Source: Dendrobates tinctorius
Lineage: Eukaryota
Direction of reading: 5' to 3'
NCBI RefSeq assembly: GCF_039654945.1
Contig: NW_027361765.1
Coordinates: forward strand, 25,730,001 to 25,794,000
Length of the DNA stretch: 64,000 nucleotides
Part shown: in pieces, positions 1 to 12,976 of the stretch
Layout of the letters: every line of letters begins with the position of its first letter
How positions within the stretch are numbered: position 1 is the first letter of the stretch
Notes under the pieces: generated by a model
Databases searched by the model: none
Told to the model about the DNA's origin: nothing
What the model saw: the letters and a program-made list of their open reading frames with translations, nothing else
Made by a program: the position numbers and the translations under genes

Positions 1-1204
1 CACAACACTGGCAATGTGATATAGAACCATAAAAAATGTTTGTCTCTCTCACTGCTGTTTGTACTTTGTACTAATTTTTTTCTGTTACTTTTAGACGTGT
101 CAACTCTCCTGGTGCAGTGGTTGTCTCCTGGTTTTCTCCTGGTGAATTGGTTTTCTACTGGTTGTCTCCTAGTGCTGCTTTCTGTCATGGTGAGGACAAC
201 ACTGTCTATGTAAGTATAGAAGCTTTGTAAATGTCTGTCTCTCTGAATGCTTTTTCTGTCCCTTGTAGACTGGTCAGCTCTCTGGTGCTGTGGGTGTCTC
301 CTGGTTGTCTCCTGGTGCTGTGGTTGTCTCCTGGTACTGCTCTCTGTGCCTGGCCTGCGCTGACTGCTGTGCAGTTGGACTACTGCCTGTAATATAAGTA
401 TTGGTGTCCATGTTTTTTTGTCTACATTGTTTTTGGATCTTTACTAGTTTAATTTTTCTTCTTTGTTCTTTTCTGTAGTGTTTCACATGACTGCTGACTG
501 CTCTTCAAAATGTCCTCAAGCGAAGAACTGACTTCTTCCCAGCGTGGACTTGACAAAGATTATGTAATCACATTTGCTATACTGATTGGTATGTATTGAC
601 TGGCAATACTATACATGTGTTAAATCATGCAATTTTTTTACAGGTACCTGCCACTGATGAAGAGCAGGAGCAGTCGAGTGGAGATGATTCTTCCCTTGGT
701 CATCATGGTGGTCATGTGACTCAGGAGAGGAAAGACCTGGTGTAAGTAGTCTTTTCATCAGAGTTGTAGTACAGTTTTTTTTCCAGTTTTACTTAAAATT
801 CTATTCTATTTTATCTATAGGTTTCATAACGGGAAGAAGCCACACTCGATATAGACAATGAGCAACTTATTCACCTTGTGCAAGAGTGAGTACCGTTGTG
901 GGACATCCGTGACCGACAGCACTCCGACAACGTGGTGATTCGACGTCTCTGGGAAAACGTGGCAACATTGCTGCTGGCTTATTAGGACCGTGCCACGCCG
1001 CATGCCAGAACTGATTTTGGTAAGTTTTGCAATGTGGTCTGTTGCAGAAGTGAGCCTGTTAATGTATGTGCATTGATTTCCAATAAATTTTTTTTTACCC
1101 CTTCACAGTGAAGCGCATCAAAATCCGTTGGCGCTCGATGAAGGACTGCTTCAACAAGGACATGAGAGAGGAGATTCGGGTTCGAAGTGATGCTGCTCAA
1201 AGGT

Positions 1205-1269
1205 TCCGGAAATACAAGTACTACCGGAACCTTGCCTTTCTGAGGTCTGCGCTTGCTCAGCGAATGTAA

Positions 1270-1311
<42 letters not shown>

Positions 1312-1320
1312 TTTTTAATT
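1205..1320. repeat. (TA)n microsatellite (~1271-1302) plus poly-T in a MADF intron
   Basis: Seen directly after a GTAAG donor site. Confidence 0.8.
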
Positions 1321-1982
1321 TTATTTTTAACAATGTTTTATTTTTTTCTCCACACAGAACCTGGTGCAGCACAACACAGCCCGGATCATCCTCTGTTGAA
1401 GCGGCCCCTCATCTACCAGCCACTGAACAGACGCAGCCCCAATCATCCACCAGCGGTGGAGCAACCTTGCAGGTTTCACAGGCTGGGGAACAGGCAGCCG
1501 GTCCATCAGGTTTTCCCCTCTCCCAGCCCTCTGCCGCTGCTTTTGGTGGGTCTTCTTGTCAGCGGCAGAGGGCCTGGGAGAGGTCAGGCATGCTCGAGTT
1601 TATGAAATTAAGCTTTGTCTTCCAGGATGGAATTAGGATAATTGCTGACAGAGTGAAGAGTGGGTTCAAGTCAACAAACGCCTTGACTGCCTGGAAGCCG
1701 ACCTTGAGAGACTGACGCAACATTTTTTTTCTGCAATAGAGCGGAGCGTGTCAGAAAACCTTATGCCTCAACTCTAGCTAAAAGTCATGCAGGCCTGCCA
1801 GGCTGCTTACAGACACGCATTGCAGCTACAGCAGTCCCAGCAGCAGTCACAAAGCTACAACCAACAGGCCGGAGGATAATACCAGCAGCCAATCTATTTT
1901 CCAGCTCCCACAGCACCAAACTATCCTCCACCACCACCGCCTCCAGTTCACAGAGCGACCACGCTGCCAAGTTCATCAACCC

Positions 1983-2408
1983 GGCGGGCTGTGGTCCAGG
2001 GCAGCAGATTATGGGTAAGCACTTTGCTTGAGCATTTCATTATACCCCAGCTAATTGTATGTACACTTGCTTTAGACATATACTAGCAGAGGTGATAGCC
2101 CATTAACCCCATATTGCTGCTTGCACTTCTGGCAAATTAGTATGTTCTAATTTTACTATTGGTGACCTCAGCCATTATTGCCTGATCCTTGCATTGTTCA
2201 TATATATGTATTTATTGGTGTTTATGTCTTTTTAATATAATAAAATTTATTACTCTTTTGTAATTCATGGACTTTGTACTCCAGTTTGTTCTCCTTGGTC
2301 TCTATGTATATTTGGGAGTGTCCTTTAGGGAGCCTTATTAATGTCCCATCATGATTGTTGTTTTGGATGGCTTCCCTTTTCATAGTTTTATGTTTCTTTT
2401 GGTCTGTT
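1983..2408. mobile_element. Unclassified T-rich insertion with an 11-bp TSD
   Basis: TTCATCAACCC at 1972-1982 and 2409-2419 flanks sequence unrelated to the surrounding S/P-rich repeats. Confidence 0.55.
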
Positions 2409-3249
2409 TTCATCAACCCTGCAGAAGGTAGCATCCACCATGCTCCAGAGTCCAGCACCTATGCAGCCAGCAGTATCAACGATGCTGCCCACTCCTGCAC
2501 CCCTGCCCAATCCAGCACCCCTGCCCAGTCCAGCAACCCTGCAGCCAGCAGTATCCACAAAGTGGCTCAGTATAGCACCATGCCAAATGACTGCTACAGA
2601 GGCCACTACTCCCACTCGGCCAAGAAAACAGAGGTCCAAAAAAAAAATATTTCCACCAGGACAAAAACCAGGAGCCAAAAAACTATTCCCACATTGAACC
2701 CACCATCTCCACCCTCACCTACCAATTTGTCAATACCTTCCCTTGTGTCTCTGTCTGTTCCTTCCAGTTTGTCTATCGATTCCCATGATTCCACTTTGTC
2801 ATCTATCCTAAATGTCTCCACTGCCATCCTTGATCAAATCCTTCAATTTGTTGCCCCTTCCCCTGTAGACCCTTCCCCTGTAACCCCTTCCACATCAACT
2901 ACCACCCAATTCTCACAGCTCCACACCCCCACTCCATCTCAACCTCACGTAAATCCCGACGCAAAAAACAATCACCCAACCTTAACCCTTCTCTTTTGTT
3001 TAAGTTTTGAAAATAAAAGTGGTATTTTGTTTGCACTATATCTTGTTTTATTTGTATCTTTATGCGCCGCTGCCACAAACACTTTGTTTTTGAGGGAAGG
3101 TAGATTATTATTTAACTCTGCAAACATTAGGGGTAAATTTTAACATTACATGTACATTTTTACATCACAGGTACATTTAAACATAACAGGTATGTAATTT
3201 TGACATTATAGGTAAATTTAAACATAACAGTTACATTTTACTTAGCGGC

Positions 3250-4563
3250 TTAAATCATTTTGCCTTGCCATTCCACACGTCCATTATCTGAAACAAAGTA
3301 AGTGGCAAAATTATCCCTCATCTGGGCACCTTCCACTGTGGTTCTCAGAGGGTGAAATTGGAAATCATGCAATGTAACAGGTTCCTCAGGTTGTAAGTTT
3401 AGTCACTTTTTTACCAGGATGTAGTTGTGCAGACCAACACATGTTTTCACAACCTTATCAATAGTTCAATTTTTAGATTAATGGATGTGCACAAAATGCG
3501 CCATTTCGATACCAGCAATCCAAATGCACACTCCACGGTTATTCGCGCCCTTGTCAGTCGGTAGTTGAAAATTTTTTTTGTGTGATTTAAGTTCCAACTT
3601 GAGTATGGTTTAATGAGGTTGGCACACATTTGGAATGCCTCATCCCCAACAACAACAAAAGGCATTGGTGGTCCATCAGTGTTGGGAAGAGGTTGTGACG
3701 GCAGAAAATTAAAATCATTCCCATACAGACATTGGCCCATGTCAGAGTTTTTGAAAGTCTGTGATTCATTTCCTCACCCAAATGAGCCAATGTCCACGGC
3801 AACAAATCTACACTCAGCATCTGTAATAGCCATTAGAAAAATGGAAAAGTTTTTTTATAATTGAAGTACTCTGTTCCAATTCCAGCTGGTTTTATAATCC
3901 TAATGTGTTTGCCATCCACAGGCCCCACACAGTTAGGAAAATTACAAATTTCCTGGAATTTGGGAACATTTTCAAGCCAGAGTTCAGTTGTGGGTTGGGG
4001 GAGGAATTCTTGCCGCAGAATGTCAACTAAAGCATGACAAGTGTCTACAATAATCCCAGAAAGGGTGGACACTCCAATCCTGAGTTGAAAATGGAATGAT
4101 GATAATGTCTCTCCGGTAGCCAGGAATCTGCAGAGCAGAAAATGAGAAAAAATAAATCAGTACATAGCTTTTATAGCAATCTTATTAATGACAGGTGTTT
4201 CTTTTTCCAAATGACGTACCTCAGGGGGACCAAAAGATGTTCCTCAGCAGGAATTGATCGACAGAGCTTTGTGTCCTGCCTGGCGATGGATCCTTGGACA
4301 CGTAGCAGCAAGTCATGGAAGCTCTGTTCTGACATCCTCGTGTAGTCAAAAATCTTCTCCGGGTTTTGCTGCAACTCTGTGTACAAAGACTGGTAGACTC
4401 CACGGCTGTCTCGGAGTTCAAGGATGGGGTGTTGTCAATAGCGACAACGACATCTTCTCTGTCTTTCTCTTCTACTCTGTTCTTGACAAGCAAAAGCAAA
4501 GGCAGCAGCCAATTTCAGTTGTAAATCCAGATCTTCTAGGAAGCTGTCCAAGTCAAGATCCAT
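3250..4563 (-). pseudogene. Harbinger (HARBI1-like) DDE transposase, frameshifted, one intron (~4129-4220)
   Basis: Motifs FLATGET, FPNCVGPVDGKHIRI, VVVGDEAF and FNYRLTRARITVECAFGLL are spread over ORFs 4171-4386, 3833-4072 and 3447-3740. Confidence 0.9.
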
Positions 4564-7211
4564 CTTGCAGCTAGATGCAACAGCCAAAGATGAGGATTTC
4601 CTCAGTGCATTGTGTCTATATATATAGAAATACTATGAGACTCGCCTACTGGGTGGCTGATGTCAAGGAAAAGCTACTGCAAAACATTGGAAATTTCTAA
4701 CACATGCACATAAAGAACGCAAACACATGCAAAAATGCATGCAAACGCAGCGTTTTTTTGGCGTCATGAGTAAGATGATGCAGATAAAAACAGCTGCATA
4801 AACATGTATTTGCATGCATTGTTGCATGCGTTTGGTGATGCGGATGATACGTTGCGGACTCAAATGCTAATGTGAACCTAGCCTAAGTAATTAACTTTCC
4901 TTTCACATTCATGCATTGCTTAACTGACATTTGTATATTTACTTTTCACAGATAGTCCAAAAATAGTGTACAACACATTGTTTAAAGCCACTCTGCAGGG
5001 GAACGTGTTGGTAACTTTTTGATATGTCAAAGTTAATTCAATATGGAACTTCTTTCCAGATCATCTGACATTTTTAGAGCCTCCCCTTTCGAGCTGGGTG
5101 AATTGCAGCCAGGGAAAGTGATACCACTCTACTAAGTATTCTTGCTCTTGAAGCGGAGGGGTCAGCAGATGAAGAGCATGTAGTAGTTTTGGAGATGGCC
5201 CACCAGTGCAACCATCAACTTTGGTAGCACTTTCGGGTTCACCATCAATAACATCTTCCCCATCCGGGACTGCTGCCACATTGGACACTCATACACACTT
5301 ACTCATTGCACCTAGCCCGACCAAGCACTACTGTTGTCGGCACTCTTGCAGAAACCTCCTAGAGATGGACACCCAAAAGCTTCAAGATGAAGCCCTGTTC
5401 TTTATCTGGAGGGGAGATGACTATTATGACAGTTTTGGGTCACTTTTGGCATGACCTTGCCAACTGATACCAACACAATGATTGTGAGACAATTTCATTT
5501 CATATGTTATATCCATGGCAGCAGTTTTCAAGCGTGCCAGCCCCTTACTTGATGTAGGTGACCTCATCACCATCCTACAAGATGTAGAGTCAACTGACTT
5601 GCTACCAGGTCCTCCTCCTTTTTGATCCAGGCCGAACAAAACTTCCCACTCCCAGACAGAGGCCCCACATTTAATTAACCCATGCCCAAATCCCTCCCCA
5701 TCCCCTCTCTGTTATTTTGAAATGTTATCATTCTTTTTACCTCAACCCAACCTTACCATAATCCAGCAGCATTAATCTTCTGCCTCCACCCCTTTGTCAC
5801 CCATCCTCAACCTTTAAATATCCTTCCTGCTATACCAACCTTTCATTTTTCCACTTTTTTTAATTTACCTTATTCTGGGTATTTTGTCTGCTTCGTGTAT
5901 ACCTTTCCCTCTTGTTATATTTCATGAAAATATTTTCTTTTAATTCTAAATTATTTTTTATTTGAAATTTTTCAAGATCTGAAGGCCCAGGCTGTTGACA
6001 CTATGCAGTTGATAGACCTGTTGTGCTTTTCTGCTCTGTAACTACACACATCCAGAAGCCATCAGGAACAAATGATTGGTGGGGTTAGTGAGTGTCACAC
6101 CCCAACAATCTGCTATGTTTTGACCGATCTTAAATAAAGGCCAATGATATGAAACATACTGAACAAGCCCTTTGAGTCCATCACAACATTCACTGTACAT
6201 GTACAGTGCAAGTCAGAAGCGGTTGTATGTAGCAGACAAATTATGAATGTGTATTGCATGTGTATTTTTAAAGTGCTAAATGCCGCTGTCAAACTCTGAC
6301 AGCGGCATTTAACACATGCTCTGGCATGGGTGCATGTTATTCCATACCCAAGTACTTGTTATTACAGAACTCCCTTTAAATGCTGAATGTGGATTCAAAA
6401 GAGACTGTGATTTTTACTATATGCAACGATGCTGTGGTATTATTGTTTATAGTATAAGTGATCAGACGATCGCAACTTCACGTTCTCAAAATAAAAAAAG
6501 TTAAAAAATAAGAAAAAAATAAAAAACAAACATTGAAGTCATCGCCCAACCCCTCATTAATGATAAAGATGTTTAAAAATTTAAAAAAAAATACACATGG
6601 TATTGCCAAGTTTAGAACCGATCTATCAAAATACAAAAATAATTAACCCGATCTTTAAACACCGTAAGCAAAAAAATTAAGAATGTCAAAATTGTTTTTT
6701 TGGTTGCTGCAATTCTACAAAAAAAAAATTCTGTAACAAGCATTCAGATTGTCATATCTGTCCCAAAATGGTATCAATAAAAACGCTCTCTAGTAAGTCA
6801 AAAATTTAACTGTCACACAGCTCCATCGAACGAAAAATAAAAACGTTAATGGTATTGGAAAATGGTGACATAACCCCAAATCTGTTTTTGAAAACTTCAG
6901 ATTTTTTTTCACTACTAGAAAAATAAAATAAAAACTCGAAATGTTTGGTAACAATGCAATTATACCGATGTGCAGAATGTGGTAAAATGAATGGTGCAAT
7001 TAATGAGTACAGTGACCATTGTGGTTTGGTCCTGATGAAGAAGCTTGAAAACCTTGAAATGCGTTGACATAAACCGCATTCATGCTTCACCTTTGTGTGT
7101 GATCATAACTTTGAACCTTGAGCAGTGTGGGCTCTGAACTACCGTATTCCTCATTTATTGCATCGTATCTCATTGGTGGTCCTGCAGCAGCCTTTACATG
7201 CTTCTGTAGGA

Positions 7212-7444
7212 ATTAATTATGCAAATTGTCTCTTCAGAGAGGAAGAGCAATCCTATAAGTCAATGTTGACCCTTTAACGAGCCTTGTTACATGACTTAGG
7301 ATAAAAGCCAAGCCAGAATCTCAATTTGCAGACACTGTGTTTCGGGGTACAGCCCCTCGTCAGTGCAAAGTGGGAGATCTGGTTTGGCTGTGCGAGAGGC
7401 GTCTGACCGATATCCAAGAAGTATCATTTCTCCTTGCGGAGAAC
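7212..7444 (-). mobile_element. Retrozyme-like non-autonomous retroelement, 233 bp
   Basis: 9-bp TSD TCTGTAGGA at 7203-7211 and 7445-7453. Contains a complete hammerhead and has no meaningful ORF. Confidence 0.75.
7325..7369 (-). ncRNA. Type I minimal hammerhead ribozyme
   Basis: Minus strand reads UUUGCA-CUGACGA-GGGG cugua CCCC-GAAA-CAC A GUG-UC^-UGCAAA. The core is perfect and stems I, II and III all pair. Confidence 0.88.
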
Positions 7445-8634
7445 TCTGTAGGAGTTGTGACTGTCACCCCCCTATCTCTAATATTTTACACCACTTGGTT
7501 AGCAGATAAGAGCCTATTTGCACTTTTTGTCCCTCCAGTTTACCATTTGAAGTAAAATGAATGGTGTCATTCAGAAGTACAACTCGTCCCACAAAAAACA
7601 AGCCCTCATGTCTATATGGAGAAAATAATAAGTGTTATGGCTCTGGGAAGAAAGGGAGGAAAAAACAAAAATGCCAAACGAAAATTGCTCCCTTCCTGAA
7701 AGGGTTAATGATATTGTAAATACACACAAAAATTTTGACATGTGTCAGTGAAATGGGTGACTGCTCTGCATAATTACTCTTCACATTGGTCTTCACATTT
7801 GATGAAGGCCAAATTCCTGGCCAAAATGTCATTATGTATACAGTAAATTCCATGTGTGAAAAAAAATAAACTTTATTTATATTTCCACATCATCCCCTAG
7901 AGTGCCAAGTCTATAACTTTCATTATATTTGGAGCAGAATCCTACTTAAGCCCTCACATTAGAGGAGTGCAGCATAGCCTTTTATTATTAAGTAAATTAG
8001 TTTACTTGAGTTTTTTTTTTTAATTGGGTTTTTGAGTGCAGTGTTTTACATGCATCTTTGAAACTGTGGTTTTTTGTGTCATTTTGGTATGTCATTCTTT
8101 AAATAAAGCTGCTTTGTTTTGATACTTTCTGGTATTTGACTTTGCCAAAACTTTACTGATATAGTGATATGAAGATTACGGTACATGCTTTTTTATACAA
8201 TTCTTCCTTGAAAACATAGTAAAATAAATAGAAGCGCCTATGAATTTTTTACCTGCGGATTTCCACATCTAATGCAAGCCTATGGGGAAAATCAGTACAT
8301 AAAACTCAGTGTACTCACAAGAGAAATTGACATGTTGCAGAATTGAAACACGCACCACAGGTCAGTTTATGCTGGGAAAAAAGAAGTACAGTGGGTATAA
8401 GATTTCTATAAATTCCATTCAATTTGCTGGAATTGTAACACGGTGACTTTTTAATGCAGCAAAACTACACAGCATCAAAAAACTCACCAAAAAACTCATC
8501 ATGGTCACACAGCCAAATATAGATTTTCAGCTAAGATTTTGCCACAGCATTTTATTTTCAAGAATCACAAAAATGTTATTAATATGTTGTGTGTTATTTA
8601 TTGATTATTGGTAGAATCAGTTAAACTTGCTTAA

Positions 8635-9500
8635 AGTCAGATGCTATAAAAAAAAGCTGGATCTACCAATGATCTATAGATAAATATTTGAAGTGTTTGG
8701 CTAGCAGGAGTGGAAACAGGGGTTGTCCGAAACCCAAAAATGGCCCTTTCCTCCCTTAAATGGAACGCCATTGGGGGATGGACTGTGACATCTCGACACT
8801 CCCTTTGCTTCATTTGCCACCCTGGAAGAGCGTCATCAATGACACTCGTTTCAGGAGCTGGTCCCTGTTCTGTCCCTGAGTGTCTCCTTTGTGCAGGGTC
8901 TCCCTCATAAGCAGTTTCCTCCAGTGCCCTGTGTAATGAGTGCAGCATCCAGTCTGCTTAGATAAACAGTAATAAGCCAGCAGCTGGTTTGCAGGAGGAC
9001 CAGCGCCACACCACAGGTGACACAACCGGGCTCTGTCGGGCATAGAGGCACCACTTTTCTGCCGGTTAATTTCTATTCATCTAAGCAGATAGCAGACCGG
9101 ATGCTGCGCTCATCGCACAGGGCACAATTGGATACTGTACACCAGGGAGACACTGCACAAGGGAGAAGGGACTAGCCCCTGAAATGAGGGTCACTGATGA
9201 TGCTTTGTTTCAGGGCGACAATGAAGCAAGGGGAGTGTCGAGATGTCCCAATACCTTCACAATGATTTGTTTAAGGTTGGAAAGTTGGAAACAGCAGTTT
9301 CAGTCCGCAGATAATGATTTATATGAGTACCACATTATCGCAAACAAATCGTCAAAGGAAGTAGGTAATATAAAGAGAACCCTAAGTTTCAGTACAGAAT
9401 AAATGGTAGGGAATCTTACTATGACTTAAATTACAAAAGTTACTAGTTTTTAAAGATTTATTAATTGAAATTTACATTTGCGTTTCAGAGTAACCCTTTA
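8635..9500. mobile_element. Palindromic T2/Kolobok-like MITE, degenerate
   Basis: Imperfect inverted repeat ~8780-8985 versus ~9060-9250. Ends ...ACCCTTTAA. Confidence 0.5.
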
Positions 9501-9782
9501 AAGCTAGCCAGTGCCTCAGGCAGTTTAGACTGGATGGGCCCCCTGGTCACCTGACATGTCACATAATTTGTTTGAAGGGTGGCACCAATCAGATGATAGG
9601 TCATGTGATAAACACACAGACTCTCTAGTGCACATTTAATAAACAATGATAAGGAGCATAATTTAATTGTTAATATTACATGCTACTTATATTTTAATGG
9701 AGAATACTCTGTAATCATAGAAGGAGCTATTCATATTAAAAGAGGACACTATACACTAGAGGATGATACACATAAGAGAGAA

Positions 9783-9786
<4 letters not shown>

Positions 9787-9824
<38 letters not shown>
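9787..9824. repeat. (TA)n microsatellite
   Basis: Seen directly. Confidence 0.95.
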
Positions 9825-9829
<5 letters not shown>

Positions 9830-12631
9830 CAGCACTATAAATATAATAAATAAAAAGAAAGAACAGTCTGCAAATAAGTAAAGGGCTATAAATAATATGG
9901 AAATACACTATTTAATTAGAAATTAAATATAAAACAGAAGTTAATACTTTGGCACTTTACATAGCAAGAGAGAAGAACATGTAGCAGACAGTGCTACACA
10001 TTATTAGAGAGGACACTTAATAATACTGGAAAAACAGGAACACCCCTTTAAATTAGTTGTATTGGAAAAGGAAAACGGAGATTTTTGTGGCTTGAGCTTT
10101 GCTGGCTTTATAGACTACACAATTTTGTGCTTTATATTGTCATATAAGTTTTATTACTATTCACTGATTAAGAGTAATATATTACATAACTTGACTTAAA
10201 TGAGAATGAGATTATTGCAGCATCCAATAAAAAGCATTATCTGTAAATGGAAACATCTTAATTTCCCACAGTCACTAAAAGAGTAAAAGGGGGAACACTT
10301 GACAGTCAGCTGTTTGCTTAGACTAATTTGGCAACGTCTGCTATAGGATTTTATGTAGCTGTTAGTGCAAAGGGCCAGAAAACTATGTTTACATTTATAA
10401 ATGCTTGCAGGTGGATGGGGGGATTTATACCATTATTATGTGAATGTCAACTGTAGAAAAGCAATCTAGTGTTCAACATTATTGCTAGTTCTGACCCTAA
10501 ATTAAAGATAATTCACTAAGTAAAACAAGTATGAATTCTACACTGCGGTTCACATAACTGAAAGTAGGAAATGAATACTTAAAGTTTATGAAATAAAATT
10601 CCATTTTCTATAATTAAACAAGAAAGATGCCAACAAGAGTAATTACAGGTAGTCATTAAATAATACTAAAATATTTTTCAGGTACATTAATGTGGAAAAA
10701 ATAAAAGAGAAGAAAGTTTGGTACCATGTTAGCCAGTTCAAAAAAGATTGATTGTTCTCAGTGGGAGAAAGAAAATAATAATCTTGTAGTTATGATATCT
10801 TTTAGAAATAAAAAAGTGATGATACATAGCAAGCTTTCGAGACTACTTAAGTCTCTTCATCAGGCATGGTTTGAGAAAGTATCTGTAGAAACACAAGTAT
10901 ATACACAAAAAGAGCAGAGACATGACAATAAATGGTCATGAAAATAAACAAACAAACTGAGTTCAGACAGCTGACAGACAGACAGTACTACACCAAACTG
11001 GATGATGAGTACCTGTACCTGAGAAACCTAGGATAGGAATTTTCTAAATGCTTCCCAAGATTCCTAAGCCAGGAAACCCAGGGAGGCCAATCATTTCAGG
11101 GCTGGGAACACTCACTGAAAACGTCTCAAGATGGATAAAGAATGCTTTTAACCCCTTAGCGACAGAGCCAGTTTGCAGCTTAATGACCAGGCCAATTTTT
11201 ACAATTCTGACCACTGTCCCTTTATGAGGTTATAACTCTGGAACGCTTTAACGGATCCCGCTAATTCTGAGAATGTTTTTTCATGACATATTGTACTTCA
11301 TGTTAGTGGTAAAATTTCTTCGATAAGTCTTGTGTTTATTTATGAAGAAAACGGAAATATGGCGAAAATTTTGAAAATTTTGCAATTTTAAAACTTTAAA
11401 TTTTTATGCCCTTAAATCAGGGAGATGTGTCACACAAATTTCTTAATAAATAACATTTCCCACATGTCTACTTTACATCAGCACAATTTTGGTAGCAAAA
11501 TTTTTTTTTGTTAGGAAGTTATGAGGGTTAAAAGCTGACCAGCGATTTCTCATTTTTACAACAACATTTACAAAACCATTTTTTTTAGGGACCACATCAT
11601 ATTTAAAGTCATTTTGAGGGGTGTACATGACAGAAAATACCCAAAAGTGGCACCATTCTAAAAACTAGACCCCTCAAGGTGCTCAAAACCACATTCAAGA
11701 AGTTTATTAACCCTTTAAGTGCTTCACAGGAACTAAAGCAATGTGGAAGGAAAAAATTAACATTTACCTTTTTTTTGCAAAAGATTTACTTCAGAACCAA
11801 TTCTTTTTAATTTTCACAAGTGAAAATCAACCACAAAATTTGTTGTACAATTTCTCCTGAATACGCCGATACCCCATATGTGGGGGTAAACCACTTTTTC
11901 AGCACACGCCAGAGCTCGCAAGGGATGGAGCGCCGTTTGACTTTTTCAACGCAGAATTGGCTGGAATTGAGATCGGATGCCATGTTGCGTTCGGAGAGCC
12001 CTTAATGTGCCTAAACAGTGGAAAACTCCAACAAGTGACCCCATTTTGGAAACTAGACCCATTAAGGAACTTATCTAGATGTGTGGTGAGCACTTTGAAC
12101 CTTCAAGTGCTTCACAGAAGTTTATAACGTAGAGCTGTGAAAATAAAAAATCCATTTTTTTTCCACAAAAATGATTTTTTTCTCCCCCAAATTTTTATTT
12201 TTACAAGGGTAACAGGAGAAATTATACCCCTACAGTTGTTGTGCGATTTGTCCTGAGTACACCAATACCCCATATGTGGGGGGAACCACTGTTTGGGCGC
12301 ATGGGAGAGCTCGGAAGGGAAGGAGTGCCATTTTGGAATGCAAACTTTGATGGAATGGTCTGCGGGCATCACGTTGCATTTGCAGAGCCCCTGATGGGCA
12401 TAAACAGTGGAAACCCCCCACAAGTGACCCCATTTTGGAAATTAGACCCCCTAAGGAACTTATCTAGATGTGTGGTGAGCACTTTTAACCCCCAAGCGCT
12501 TCACAGAAGTTTATAAACGCAGAGCCGTGAAAATAAAAAGTCTTTTTTATTTCCACAAAAGTGATTTTTTAGACCCCAATTTTTAAAACCCCAAAGTTGG
12601 TAAATAGTGGAAACCCCTCAATTCTTGCTCC

Positions 12632-12847
12632 AACCCTAACCCCAACACACCCCTAACCCTAATCCCAACCATAACCCTAATCCCAACCCTAATCCCTAAT
12701 CCTAATTCTAACCTTAATCCTAGTTTGCCCTAACCCTAATTCAAACCCGAGCCCTAACCCGAGCCCTAACCCTAGCCCTAGCCCTAACCCTAACCCTAGC
12801 CCTAACCCTAGCCCAACCCTATTCCTAGCCCTAACCCTAGCCCAACC
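12632..12847. repeat. Telomere-like (CCCTAA/CCCTAG)n array running into an assembly gap
   Basis: Seen directly. Confidence 0.9.
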
Positions 12848-12976
12848 NNNNNNNNNNNNNNNNNNNNNNNNNNNNNNNNNNNNNNNNNNNNNNNNNNNNN
12901 NNNNNNNNNNNNNNNNNNNNNNNNNNNNNNNNNNNNNNNNNNNNNNNNNNNNNNNNNNNNNNNNNNNNNNNNNNNN
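12848..12976. other. Assembly gap (N run)
   Basis: 129 Ns. Confidence 1.

Larger units (their letters stand above)
510..2952 (+). pseudogene. Spliced MADF/Myb-SANT DNA-binding gene of the Harbinger element, with stops
   Basis: Exon from ~821 translates IDNEQLIHLVQE*VPLWDIRDRQHSDNVVIRRLWENVA. After a GT-AG intron it continues KRIKIRWRSMKDCFNKDMREE...YKYYRNLAFLR (MADF signature). S/P-rich C-terminus. Exon limits are approximate. Confidence 0.75.
1..4883. mobile_element. PIF/Harbinger DNA transposon, decayed autonomous-type; left end outside window
   Basis: Convergent MADF and DDE nuclease genes. Right end ...AATGTGAACCTAGCC at 4883 is followed by TAA, the typical Harbinger 3-bp target. Confidence 0.85.
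7015..7545 (+). mobile_element. Penelope pLTR-like fragment with a degenerate hammerhead; hosts the retrozyme
   Basis: GTC-CTGATGA...GAAATGCGTT-GAC motif followed by a T-rich tail. Confidence 0.5.
6170..7704. mobile_element. Degenerate TTAA/piggyBac-like non-autonomous element, interrupted
   Basis: Ends GAAAGGG|TTAA at 7704-7708. AT-rich body resembles 15000-15900. Left boundary is approximate. Confidence 0.45.

Noticed and set aside
2355-3143. 262-aa ORF as a standalone membrane protein gene
   Set aside because: It is a chimera of the insert's T-rich end, the low-complexity MADF tail and 3' UTR.
4940-5950. Possible host exon or L1 remnant
   Set aside because: Only weak resemblance, with no diagnostic motif I can support.
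12632-12976. A true telomere or chromosome fusion site
   Set aside because: The array is degenerate, single-orientation, internal to a transposon, and repeated at 52670.
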